Made by a program: the position numbers and the translations under genes
NCBI GenBank assembly: GCA_965116905.1
Contig: OZ220732.1
Coordinates: 1,728,001 to 1,792,000 of the forward strand
Reading direction: 5' to 3'
From: Longimicrobiales bacterium
GTDB taxonomy: Bacteria > Gemmatimonadota > Gemmatimonadetes > Longimicrobiales > Gaopeijiaceae
Length of the DNA: 64,000 bases
The notes under the pieces: model-generated
What the model was told of the DNA's origin: nothing
What the model saw: the letters and a program-made list of their open reading frames with translations, nothing else
Databases searched by the model: none
Shown: positions 28,493 to 39,149 of the stretch, piece by piece
How the letters are laid out: every line of letters starts with the position of its first letter
Position numbering within the stretch: position 1 is the stretch's first letter

Positions 28493-29632
28493 CTAACCTC
28501 CCCATACCTGGCGGTAGACCCGCATCCAGTTGAGTCCGCAGACCTTGTCGATTTCCTCCTGCGTCCAGCCGCGGGCGCGCAGACCGTCGACCAGGTTCGG
28601 GAGTTCGGTGATGACCTCGAATCCGCGGACGTAGTTGATCGGGGTCTGCTCGCTGGCCATCTCGCGGCCGAAGAGCACGATGTCGGGGTCGATGCCGCCC
28701 TGGCGCCCCCAGGTGAAGTCGGCGCCGATTCCGACATGGTCCGGCCCGACCAGACGCTTCAGATAGTCATAATGGTCGAGCAGAACGTCGATGCCAACCT
28801 GCGGGGTGGAGCGGACGCCGCGGTCGGCGCGGTTGCGGGCCACGAAGTCGTTGATCGCGGACAGGCCGATGACGCCACCGGAGTTGGCGATGGCCTCGAA
28901 CACGCGGTCGCTGGTGTTTCGGGGGTTGTCGCATAGCGCCGCCACGTTGGTGTGCGTGCACACGATCGGGACGCCCTCGGACATGGCGATCGCGTCCAGG
29001 GTGGTCTGCTCGCCCGTGTGCCCGCCCACGTCCAGGATGATGCCCAGGCCGTGGATCTCCTCGACCAGGCGGCGGCCCGCCCGCGTGATGCCGAGGTGCG
29101 GCTCGACGCAGCCGGCGCCGAATGCGTTGACGGTGTTGTAGGTGAGGTTGACGAAGCGCAGACCGAGGTGGTAGTAGGCGCGGAGCGCGGTGGTGTGGGC
29201 GGGGATCTGGTCGCCCACGAATAGCCCCTGGCCGGACTTGTCGCCCAGCGGGGTGGCGGTCTGCCAGCCGAGCATCAGCCCGACCTTGCCCTCGGCCTGG
29301 GCGCGCTCGAGGTCGGCGGCGGTCGTGGCGATAAGGATCCTGTCGGGGTTCTCGTCGACGTAGCGCCACGCGTCGGCGAACGAGTGGATCTCGGAGAGCG
29401 TCTTGTGCCAGCCGGTCACGCCGGCCTGGCGGACGAGGCCGACGTATTCGTCGTTGAGGGTCGAGGGGCTGAGGCCGTCGATGACGATGGGTTGCTGGGG
29501 CGCGGGGGTGGTCGCGGGTGGGTCCGCGGTGTCGGGCCCGGTGATTCGTGCTGCCAGGGGTGTTGCGGTTGTTGCGGCGCCCGCGGTGGCGCCTGCGGCG
29601 ACGGCGGTGCCAATGAACTCACGTCGTTCCAT
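28493..29632 (-). CDS. Membrane dipeptidase (M19) family protein with Tat signal
   Basis: MERREFIG; LTYN, GIILDVGGH, CTHTN, NPRNTSD, GGVIG, DHVGIGADF. Confidence 0.82.
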   Translation of the reverse strand: MERREFIGTAVAAGATAGAATTATPLAARITGPDTADPPATTPAPQQPIVIDGLSPSTLNDEYVGLVRQAGVTGWHKTLSEIHSFADAWRYVDENPDRILIATTAADLERAQAEGKVGLMLGWQTATPLGDKSGQGLFVGDQIPAHTTALRAYYHLGLRFVNLTYNTVNAFGAGCVEPHLGITRAGRRLVEEIHGLGIILDVGGHTGEQTTLDAIAMSEGVPIVCTHTNVAALCDNPRNTSDRVFEAIANSGGVIGLSAINDFVARNRADRGVRSTPQVGIDVLLDHYDYLKRLVGPDHVGIGADFTWGRQGGIDPDIVLFGREMASEQTPINYVRGFEVITELPNLVDGLRARGWTQEEIDKVCGLNWMRVYRQVWGG

Positions 29633-29706
29633 GGGTGACTCCAGTGTGGGGCGGTAGGCACCGCTCAGGAGAGCGTTTGCGCGGTCGAAGGGCAAGACCT
29701 CGATGC

Positions 29707-30837
<1,131 letters not shown>

Positions 30838-30868
30838 GGGACCCCAAAACTACATGCTACGGTGGCCG

Positions 30869-32860
30869 ATGGAGAGACGCGGTGCAGATGCGGAGGGCGG
30901 TGCGACTTCGGTCAGCCCGACACCGGCCGGCGCGACACCGGTCGGTGCGACACCAGTCGGCGCGATCCATCGGAGCGTGATCGGATGCGGGGCGGCCGTC
31001 GTCGCGCTGGTCCTGGCCACCGGCCTGCTCGTCGGGGGCGGTGAACTGCCCGCCGGCCTGCTCGTCGTCGGCGGTGACCTGCCCGTCGGCGGTGGCCGTT
31101 CGTTCCACAGCGTCCGGGCCGAGGTGACCCCTACCGTGGAACTGCCAGGACTCCCGCTGGCGCAGGTGTCGGCGGGCGACGTGGAGCTGCGCGACCTGGA
31201 CAGTCTCGCGGCGACGACGCTCATCCTGGTTGCGATGGCCGTGGTGACCGCCCTGGTGAGTCTGCTGGGCGTCATTGCGTCCGAGAGCCTGGCTCTGGAG
31301 GGGCGCAGGGTCGTGCGGGTCATGCTGGGAGCGCCCCCACGCGCGATGGTTCGCCGGACGGTTCGGCGCTGGTCGTGGCGCATGTCGTGGGCCGCGCTGG
31401 CCGGCGGCGGGCTGGCGGTCGCGGCCGCGCTGGCGATGCGGGAGCTGGCACCTCCCGGCATCTCCTTTCAGCGGCCGTCCCTCGCCGCCGCAGCGGCCGG
31501 ACTCACCGCCGTTGCGGCGATCACGGTGCTCTATGCCGTGGTGCCGGTGGTCAACCTGCACCGCTCCGGCAGACCACTGCTGCAACGTGCCGAGAACCTG
31601 CAACTCACCGACCCGAGGCCGCGTCAGTTCAACCGCGTCCTGCGCATGACCCTGCAGCTGACGATCGCGGTCACCGTCATCACGTCGTCGGCGCTGCTGG
31701 TGTATTCGGATCGCCGGGGTCAGGTGGGTACCGGCCCGGGTGTCATGGCACGCGAGCCGCTGGGCGAGCCGCAGGGCGAGACGCAGGGCGAGACGATGAT
31801 CGGCCTCGTGTCGCCCGCAGATCCGGATCGTGGCGAAATGGCGGGGCGCGCCGCGGTGTACGCGTCCGCTCTGGAGGCCGTGCGCGCCGTGCCCGAACTG
31901 GTCGCGGAGAGTCTAGCGACGCCTGGAGCCTGGCTCGACCTCGGTGCCGAGGGGATGGCCCAGAACGAGTGCGGCCGATGCTCGAACGGCGGCTTGCCCG
32001 AACCGATCCGCGTGACCCGGGTCAAGCGTCACGCGGTCATGCCGGGCTTCTTCGGCGCGCGGGGGCTGCGGTTTGTGGCCGGGAGCGGGTTCCGGGACTC
32101 GGATGCAATGGCGCCGGGCGAAGTGGTGATCAACCAGGCGTATGCGCGCGCTCACTTCCGCGACCCGCCGGTGCTCGGAAGGATGCTCGCCCTCAACGGT
32201 CCCGAGGAAGACTGGCATGTGGTCGTGGGCGTGGTGGCGGATGTCCCCAGCGTCGGCCTGGGCGCCTCGGGCTCGCCGTATTCGGTGTACTACTCGGCGC
32301 TGGAGCATCCGCCCGAGAGAATGGAGCTGGTGGTGTCGGCCGCGAGCGGCGTGGGCGCCGACGCAGAGGATGCGGAGCGGATCGTGTCCCGGGCCCTTGC
32401 CTCGATTCCCGGCGACCCCGTCCTGCTGAGCGGTTTCAGAAGCGCCGGCGACGAACGCGGGCGCGTATTCGGCACGGCCAGGTGGTTCGGTAGCGGCGGC
32501 CGCATGGCGGGCGTGCTCGCCGCGCTCGTGGCCGTGTTGGGCATGGTGGGCGCCCTGCGCGTTCACGTCGGGGCCCGCCTGCGTGAGATGGGGATCCGTG
32601 CGGCGCTGGGAGCGGGACCCGCCAGGCTCCGCCGCCACATTGTGGGCGAGGCGCTCAGGATCGGCGCGACCGGGACCGCGATGGGGCTGTGGGGGGCGAT
32701 GCTTGTCGTCGGGGTGTTCGGCCCGCCGGGGGTCGAGCCGTTCAGCGCTCCCGTGTTCCTTGTGGTGGCGGCTCTGTTTCTGGCGGCGGCGTTGTGGACG
32801 GTGCTGCCGGCTGCAAGGCTTGCGGCCACGGCCGACCCGCGCTCGGTCATGGAAGGCTGA
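30869..32860 (+). CDS. Orphan FtsX/MacB-type ABC permease with two FtsX-like halves
   Basis: VMPGFF, VVINQAYAR, VVGVVADV, RLREMGIRAALGA, LPAARLAATADP; start uncertain. Confidence 0.75.
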   Translation: MERRGADAEGGATSVSPTPAGATPVGATPVGAIHRSVIGCGAAVVALVLATGLLVGGGELPAGLLVVGGDLPVGGGRSFHSVRAEVTPTVELPGLPLAQVSAGDVELRDLDSLAATTLILVAMAVVTALVSLLGVIASESLALEGRRVVRVMLGAPPRAMVRRTVRRWSWRMSWAALAGGGLAVAAALAMRELAPPGISFQRPSLAAAAAGLTAVAAITVLYAVVPVVNLHRSGRPLLQRAENLQLTDPRPRQFNRVLRMTLQLTIAVTVITSSALLVYSDRRGQVGTGPGVMAREPLGEPQGETQGETMIGLVSPADPDRGEMAGRAAVYASALEAVRAVPELVAESLATPGAWLDLGAEGMAQNECGRCSNGGLPEPIRVTRVKRHAVMPGFFGARGLRFVAGSGFRDSDAMAPGEVVINQAYARAHFRDPPVLGRMLALNGPEEDWHVVVGVVADVPSVGLGASGSPYSVYYSALEHPPERMELVVSAASGVGADAEDAERIVSRALASIPGDPVLLSGFRSAGDERGRVFGTARWFGSGGRMAGVLAALVAVLGMVGALRVHVGARLREMGIRAALGAGPARLRRHIVGEALRIGATGTAMGLWGAMLVVGVFGPPGVEPFSAPVFLVVAALFLAAALWTVLPAARLAATADPRSVMEG

Positions 32861-33024
32861 CCCGCCAGAACACCTTGCCGGCACCAGCCTTCCCGCGCCG
32901 TGCGCCACACATTGCCGAGCCCCTGGGCGAGCCGTAGTCTAACGTCGAGCGCCCGTGCGCTGACCGGCCGTTGCGCGGCCCAGGCGCATCCCCATGGTCC
33001 TCTCGCCATCCTGGACTCGACGCC

Positions 33025-34728
33025 ATGAACCGGACTCAGCCCCTTGCCCTCATTCTCGTGACCCTCGCGGCCGCCTCCTGTGCCGAAGGCGACCCGCGTC
33101 CCGCGCAGGACGACCCGCCTTCCGCGCAGGAATTCGAGGTGCCCCCCGCGCCCGGCGCCTCCCACGCCGAGTTCGTCTCGTTCTTCTCGGCGTGGCGCGA
33201 CTTCGAGGAGCCGCCCATGCTGGACGGCGTGCCCGACTACTCCGCCGCGACGATGGCCGCGCAACACGTCGCGCTGGCGGGGTGGATGGAGGCGCTGGCG
33301 GCCTTCGAAACCACCGGCTGGAGCGTCGAGGAGCAGATCGACTGGCACATCGTGCGGGCCGAGATGAACGGACTCGACTTCGACCATCACGTCCGCCGGC
33401 CCTGGGCACGGGATCCTGCCTACTACGCCTCCGTCTTCGCCGCGCGCAGTGACGTGCCGGCGCACGAGGGGCCGGTCGTGCACGGCTTCATCGACCTGTG
33501 GACCTACGCATATCCGCTTTCCGACAGCGACGCCGAAGAGCTCTCCGGACGCATCGGGAGGATACCGGCGCTGTTGGACCAGGCGCGCGTCAACCTTGCC
33601 GACGCCGAGGCCGCCGACCTTTGGCAGGCCGGAGTCCGATCCTTCAACGGCCAGGTGAGGGACCTCGACGATCTCGCCGTGCAGGTGCGCGGCGCGCATC
33701 CGGCGCTCGATCAGGCGATCGCCGACGCACGCGAAGCCTCGCTGGCGTTCCGGGACTGGATCGAGGCCGAAGCCCCGAGCCGCACCGGGCCGTCGGGCGT
33801 GGGAAGCGACAACTACACGTGGCTCATGCAGAACGTCCACCTGGTGCCCTACTCCTGGGAGGAGCAGGAGACGCTCATGAGCCGGGAGCTGGCCCGCTCG
33901 CACGCCACCCTGCGCTTCGAGGAGAACCGCAATCGCGCCCTGCCTGAACAGGAACGGATCGGATCCGCACAGGAGTACGATCGGCGGCTGAACGAGTCGG
34001 TGGACCGCTACATGCAGTTCCTGGCCGACGAGGAGGTGCAGAGCGTCGCCCCCTACGCGGACTCCGCGCTGCGGGCGGTGAACGGCAGCTTCACCCCGGC
34101 CGAGCCCGGCCAGATCCGCAACTTCTTCTCCGAGGTCAACTACCGCGATCCGGACGCCTTCCGTCCCCACATGCACCACTGGATCGAGCTGGCACAGATG
34201 GATCTGGAGCCGCATTCGAGCCTGATCCGGGCCACGCCGTCGCTCTTCAACATCTATGACGCCCGGTCCGAGGGCCTGGCGACCGGGGTCGAGGAGTGGT
34301 TCATGCACCTGGGCCTGCTCGAGGGCTCGCCCCGATCGCGCGAGCTCACCTGGATCATGGTCGCCCAGCGGGCGGGCCGGGCGCTGAGCGGCCTGCGGCT
34401 GCACTCCGGCGACTACGACATGGAAGAGGCCGTGGCCCACTCCATGAAGTGGACGCCGCGGGGTTGGCTGCCGGACGGCGCGCTCGTCCGGGGTGAGCAG
34501 CACCTGTACCTGAGGCAGCCGGGGTACGGCACCAGCTACCTGAGCGGCAAGGCGCAGATCGAGGAGCTGGTCGCCGAGTACGCCCTGCAGGAGGGCGACG
34601 CCTTCACCGTCAAGGGGTTCTTCGACGAGTTCTACGCCGCCGGGGTCATTCCCACGGTCCTGGTGCACTGGCAGATGACCGGCCAGATGCATCCGATCCT
34701 TATGGAGGGGGCGCTGGGTATGGAGTGA
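33025..34728 (+). CDS. DUF885-family lipoprotein
   Basis: Lipobox AASC; RPWARDPAYY, RSEGLAT, YLRQPGYGTSYLSGK, FFDEFYAAGVIP. Confidence 0.75.
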   Translation: MNRTQPLALILVTLAAASCAEGDPRPAQDDPPSAQEFEVPPAPGASHAEFVSFFSAWRDFEEPPMLDGVPDYSAATMAAQHVALAGWMEALAAFETTGWSVEEQIDWHIVRAEMNGLDFDHHVRRPWARDPAYYASVFAARSDVPAHEGPVVHGFIDLWTYAYPLSDSDAEELSGRIGRIPALLDQARVNLADAEAADLWQAGVRSFNGQVRDLDDLAVQVRGAHPALDQAIADAREASLAFRDWIEAEAPSRTGPSGVGSDNYTWLMQNVHLVPYSWEEQETLMSRELARSHATLRFEENRNRALPEQERIGSAQEYDRRLNESVDRYMQFLADEEVQSVAPYADSALRAVNGSFTPAEPGQIRNFFSEVNYRDPDAFRPHMHHWIELAQMDLEPHSSLIRATPSLFNIYDARSEGLATGVEEWFMHLGLLEGSPRSRELTWIMVAQRAGRALSGLRLHSGDYDMEEAVAHSMKWTPRGWLPDGALVRGEQHLYLRQPGYGTSYLSGKAQIEELVAEYALQEGDAFTVKGFFDEFYAAGVIPTVLVHWQMTGQMHPILMEGALGME

Positions 34729-34759
34729 GTCGCTTGCCGGGCGCCGGCCCGCGCTCGCG

Positions 34760-35329
34760 TCAACGAAGGCTGAACAGCGTCCCCTGAGCGCTTCCCGCTT
34801 CCAGTTCCAGCAACCGCCGCTTCCGATCCGATCCCCCGGCGTAGCCGCCCGTTTCCCCGGAGGCGCGGATGACGCGGTGACACGGCACGACGATCGCGAC
34901 CGGGTTGCTGCCGTTGGCCTGGCCCGCGGCACGCGAGGCGCCGGGTGACCCGGCCCGGTGCGCGAGTTCGTCGTACGTGATCGTCTCGCCGAAGGGCACC
35001 CGTTGCAATTGCCGCCAGACACGCTGCTGGAAGTCCGTCCCGGCAAGGGCGAGGGAGAGGTCGAAGTGCCGGCGCGCGCCGGCGAAGTACTCCGCCAGCT
35101 GGGTTTCGAGCGCCTTCAGGTGACGAGCGGCCGGTCCGTCGTGGCCAGCGGCCGCCCGGTCGTGACCAGCGGCCACCCGGTCGGGGCCAGCGGCCAGCCG
35201 GTCGTGACCGTCGCTCCCCCCGTCCTCGAACTCGAGAAGACAGACTCCCTCGTCCGTCGCGCCCGCCGTCATTGCGCCGAGCGGCGTGTCCAGGCGGACC
35301 ATCGACTGCGGTGTCGGCCGCCTAGCCAT
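34760..35329 (-). CDS. ogt: Methylated-DNA--protein-cysteine methyltransferase
   Basis: GTDFQQRVW, ASRAAGQANGSNPVAIVVPCHRVI, GGYAGG, LLELE. Confidence 0.93.
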   Translation of the reverse strand: MARRPTPQSMVRLDTPLGAMTAGATDEGVCLLEFEDGGSDGHDRLAAGPDRVAAGHDRAAAGHDGPAARHLKALETQLAEYFAGARRHFDLSLALAGTDFQQRVWRQLQRVPFGETITYDELAHRAGSPGASRAAGQANGSNPVAIVVPCHRVIRASGETGGYAGGSDRKRRLLELEAGSAQGTLFSLR

Positions 35330-35954
35330 CCTTCGCCTCATCGGAAAGCCGATAGAGGATCCACGTCGCCACCGAGCGCAGCGGCCGCCAGACCTCGGCG
35401 CGCTCCAGGACGGCCGCCGGACCGGGGCGCTCGTCCAGTCCGTCGAGGAGGCGCGCGCCCTCCCGGACACCCAGGTCCCCCACGGGCATCACGTCGAGGC
35501 GGCCGAGGCGGAACATCAGGAACATCTGCGCGGTCCATTCGCCGACGCCCCACACGGACGAGAGCATTTTCACGATCTCGTCGTCCGTCATCCTGGATAC
35601 GCTGCGCAACCGAACCGAGCCGTCCTTGCACCGGGCGGCCAGATCCTTGACGGCCCGGGTCTTCGGGGCCGAGAACCCGGCGCTGCGGAACGCCTCGTCG
35701 GACAGCTCGAGACACTCCTCGATGGTCGGGAAACGCGGACCGGGGGTCAGCGCGCAGACCCGCGAGTAGATCGTGTTCGCGGCTGCGGTGGCGAGTTGCT
35801 GGAATGCGATCGACCGGGCGATGGCCTGAAAGTGCGACCCGCGCGCGAGCACCCCCGTCGGGAAGCCGGGAAACGGCGGCAGGCGGCGCATGACCGCTCC
35901 GAGCACGGGGTCGCGGCGGGCGAGTTGGCGGAGTTCCTCGGCGGTCGGCTTCAT
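35322..35954 (-). CDS. DNA-3-methyladenine glycosylase II (AlkA-like HhH-GPD)
   Basis: RSIAFQQLA, GVGEWTAQMFLMFRLGRLDVMPVGDLGVR, WRPLRSVA. Confidence 0.92.
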   Translation of the reverse strand: MKPTAEELRQLARRDPVLGAVMRRLPPFPGFPTGVLARGSHFQAIARSIAFQQLATAAANTIYSRVCALTPGPRFPTIEECLELSDEAFRSAGFSAPKTRAVKDLAARCKDGSVRLRSVSRMTDDEIVKMLSSVWGVGEWTAQMFLMFRLGRLDVMPVGDLGVREGARLLDGLDERPGPAAVLERAEVWRPLRSVATWILYRLSDEAKDG

Positions 35955-35969
35955 GTGGCGGTCAATGAC

Positions 35970-37166
35970 TCATGCGCCGATCAGCGTCGGAATGTCGACC
36001 AGCGGATCGACATCGGCGTCGTAGTCCACCCCGGGGACCTCGAACCCGAACAGCTGCAGGAACGCGGTGCGGTACCCGTCGAAGTCGGCATCGCGGGCGA
36101 GGGTCCGGGTCGAGATCGAGTCCCACACGCGCATGACCTCGGTCTGCGTCTTGGGCTTCATCTCCAGGTCGTCGAGACGGATGAAGCCGTCCGCGTCCGT
36201 CTGTAGTCCCCCCGGACCGTACACCTTCCCGCCGTAGAGGCGGTGCGCCTGCTCCATGGATCCCTCGTGATCGCCGTTCTCCTTCATGATCCTGTACAGG
36301 ATGGACACATACAGGGGCACGACCGGAATCGCCGCGCTCGCCTGCGTCACCACCGCCTTCATGACCGCGATGTGCGCGCTTCCGCCACCCGCGGACAGCC
36401 TGGCGTCGAGTTCACGCGCGGTCTGGTGCAGGTCGGCCTTGGCCTGGCCAATCGCCCCGTCGCGGTAGATGGGCCACGTCAGCTCGGGTCCGATGTAGCT
36501 GTACGCGAAGGTCCGGCAGTCCGGGGCGAGCACCCCGCCGTCCGCAAGCGCGTCCATCCAGAGCCGCCAGTCCTCGCCGCCCATCACCGCGACGGTCGCG
36601 TCCACCTCTTCCTGGCTCGCGGGAGCCAGCTCCACGTCCGTCACCTCGCGGCGGTCGGTGTTGAGCGTGCGCGAGCGGTAGGTCTCGCCGATGGGCTTCA
36701 GCACCGAGTTGGAACGTTCGCCCGTGTCGGGGTGTGTCCGCCGGGGAGCGGCGATCGAATTGACCACGCAGTCCACCGGAGGGAAGTCGCGTTTGAGCGC
36801 GGCGACCACGCGTTCCCTGGCCTCGTGCGAGAACGCGTCCCCGTTGTAGCAGGCGGACTTCAGCCCCGCGCGCGCCGCGGCCGCTTCGAAGGCGGCGGTG
36901 TTGTACCAGCCGGCGGTGCCCGGCCGCCGGCCCCTGGGCGCGCGGTCGAAGAAGACGCCGAAGGTCGCGGCTCCACCGCCGAACGCGAGGGCGATCCGCG
37001 ATCCCAGCCCGTAGCTCGTCGAGGATCCGAGAACGAGGACCGAACGCGGCGGGTTCGCGATGGGCCTTGCCCGGGCGTACGCGACCTGGTTCTCGACGTT
37101 GCGTTCGCAGCCGGTGGGGTGGGTGGTGACGCAGACAAAGCCGCGAACGCGTGGGCGTATGATCAT
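35970..37166 (-). CDS. fabV: Enoyl-ACP reductase FabV / trans-2-enoyl-CoA reductase
   Basis: MIIRPRVRGFVCVTTHPTGC, TAGWYN, NGDAFS, VMGGEDW, YSYIGP, Y-X8-K (YRDGAIGQAK), FGF. Confidence 0.93.
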   Translation of the reverse strand: MIIRPRVRGFVCVTTHPTGCERNVENQVAYARARPIANPPRSVLVLGSSTSYGLGSRIALAFGGGAATFGVFFDRAPRGRRPGTAGWYNTAAFEAAAARAGLKSACYNGDAFSHEARERVVAALKRDFPPVDCVVNSIAAPRRTHPDTGERSNSVLKPIGETYRSRTLNTDRREVTDVELAPASQEEVDATVAVMGGEDWRLWMDALADGGVLAPDCRTFAYSYIGPELTWPIYRDGAIGQAKADLHQTARELDARLSAGGGSAHIAVMKAVVTQASAAIPVVPLYVSILYRIMKENGDHEGSMEQAHRLYGGKVYGPGGLQTDADGFIRLDDLEMKPKTQTEVMRVWDSISTRTLARDADFDGYRTAFLQLFGFEVPGVDYDADVDPLVDIPTLIGA

Positions 37167-37169
37167 GGC

Positions 37170-38600
37170 TCAGGATTCCGTAGTGGGTCGTTCGGTGCGT
37201 CCCCACCCGGTCAGGATCGCGACGACGATCACGGCGAGGAGCGCCCAGGAATAGGGGTTCGCCAGTCCCGCGGCGAGCGCGGTCACTCGGGGAACGCCGA
37301 AGGCGGCTCCGGAGCCGGTTGCGGACGACGCAAGGAGGGTGGGGATGAAGAACGGAAAAAGGAAGGGGTATGTGCACACGGTCATGTCGAGGAGGTTGGC
37401 GCGGCGGAAGCGGCCGATGCCCGCGCGCCGCCCGGACTTCCTGACGAGGTCGCCGACCGCGAGGATGGCCATGACCGAGTGGGTGGTCGCGATCACCGCC
37501 GCGCTGGTCACCCCGAAGATACGCAACTCGGTCCGGCGCGGGGACTCGGGCCCGGTACCGTCGTCACGCACCAGGCGGTCCAGGATCCCCGCCTCCTGCA
37601 CGGCGCCTACGATGCCCATCAGCAGGATGGTGAAGACGACGATCCCCACCGCGCTCTCCATTCCGTCCAGGATGAGGCCCTGGGCGCGGAAGGCGTCGGT
37701 GTCGATGTGGATGAGGTCGGCAAATGCGACCAGATCGGACACCAATGCGACAAGAGCGGCGGCCGCGACCCCCGCGAACAGGCTCTCGACCAGGCCGCGT
37801 CCCCGCCACAGCAACAGGAACGTGGCCAGCGGCGCGAGCAGCATGGGGAGGGCGGCGGGACTGCCGGTCAGGGTGCCGGTTTGACCGGGTCCGGCGGCCG
37901 CGCCGGGAGGGGTGTCGGCACCACCCAGCACGAGCAGGAGGAGGGCGGTGACGGCCGCCGCCGGGAGGGCGTAGCGGAGCCGGCTGCGCACGACGCCGCC
38001 CATGGGCGCGCGCTGGCTGCTCGCCGAGGCAATGGTCGTATCCGACACCGGCGAGACGTTGTCGCCGAAGGTGGCGCCCGCGAGGATCGCGCCGATGAGC
38101 AGCGTCGGCTGCGCTCCCAGGACGCCGGCAGCCGGGTAGAGAAGAGGCGCGCAGATGAGAATCGTGCCCAGGCTCGTGCCCGTGGCCGTCGAGAACAGGA
38201 CCGCGATGAGGAAGGCCAGCAGCACGAATCCGCCGCCGCGCACGCCCAGCTCCCCGCCCGCCCACACCAGGGCGTGGACCAGGCCCGACTCGCGCAGCAG
38301 GACCGAGAACACCCCCGCCAGCAGCCACGCCATCACCATCAGCATGACGATGGGGCGCGACATGCCGCGGATGACCGCCGCGCCGTAGTCGGAGGCGCGC
38401 CTGGCCAGCACCAGCCCGACCCCGATGGCTGCGAGGAGCACGGGCCAGAGTCCGCGTTCGTCGGGGGCGCCGGAAAACCCCAGCCAGGCTGCGCCGGCCA
38501 CGAAGACCAGGATAGGCAGGGCCGCGGCGGGCAGCCCGCCGTGGAAGCGGAGTGGGACGGTCGGTCGGGGGTCCGGTACGGGGTCGGTTTCGCGGTTCAA
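37170..38600 (-). CDS. Na+/H+ antiporter NhaC-family transporter
   Basis: FSTATGTSLGT, GAILAGATFGDNVSPVSDTTIASA, RRANLLD; start (TTG 38600) uncertain. Confidence 0.82.
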   Translation of the reverse strand: MNRETDPVPDPRPTVPLRFHGGLPAAALPILVFVAGAAWLGFSGAPDERGLWPVLLAAIGVGLVLARRASDYGAAVIRGMSRPIVMLMVMAWLLAGVFSVLLRESGLVHALVWAGGELGVRGGGFVLLAFLIAVLFSTATGTSLGTILICAPLLYPAAGVLGAQPTLLIGAILAGATFGDNVSPVSDTTIASASSQRAPMGGVVRSRLRYALPAAAVTALLLLVLGGADTPPGAAAGPGQTGTLTGSPAALPMLLAPLATFLLLWRGRGLVESLFAGVAAAALVALVSDLVAFADLIHIDTDAFRAQGLILDGMESAVGIVVFTILLMGIVGAVQEAGILDRLVRDDGTGPESPRRTELRIFGVTSAAVIATTHSVMAILAVGDLVRKSGRRAGIGRFRRANLLDMTVCTYPFLFPFFIPTLLASSATGSGAAFGVPRVTALAAGLANPYSWALLAVIVVAILTGWGRTERPTTES

Positions 38601-38744
38601 GATGGCTGGAGCGGGTGGGGTCCGGTCTGCGATGCGCGGTTGTCGGCCTGATGGTGTATCATCGGGGGCGGCGCCCTGCAATCCCTTCGCCGGGACGCCG
38701 GCCGCGACACACAAGGCTAACGCATGAACACACGAGGTGGAGAC

Positions 38745-39149
38745 TTGGCCGATTCCCGCGAAACCGAACGCGACGCCTTCGAGCTGTACGACCTGCGGGT
38801 GGAGGTCGTCGGGGCCGAGAAGGACATGGTCTGCAATCACCGTCCAGGGGACTACTTCGAGCTTCGCGGCGAGAACCTGTCGCTCCCGCCGGGTCAGAGC
38901 TTCCCCATCTATCCCCTCGCGGCGCTGCTGCCCCTCCTGCCCGCCAAACAGCGCCCGACCCACGCGCACGACTGGATGACGACCGACATGGAAGTCGCGT
39001 GTCCGGATCCGCTGTGCGGCGCCCGCTTCCGCATCCTGCGCACCGGGATGTCAACCTTCCGTCACAGCGAGGTGACGCGGGTGCCGCTCGCGGGTGGCGC
39101 GGGTGACGCAGTTGACGCGGGTGACCGGGGTGACACGGAAGCTTCATGA
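38745..39149 (+). CDS. TIGR04076-family protein (uncharacterised, conserved Cys)
   Basis: FELYDLRVEV, CNHRPGDYFEL, LLPLLPAKQR, DWMTTD.EVACPDPLCG; TTG start after GAGGTGGAG (alternative ATG 38724). Confidence 0.75.
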   Translation: MADSRETERDAFELYDLRVEVVGAEKDMVCNHRPGDYFELRGENLSLPPGQSFPIYPLAALLPLLPAKQRPTHAHDWMTTDMEVACPDPLCGARFRILRTGMSTFRHSEVTRVPLAGGAGDAVDAGDRGDTEAS

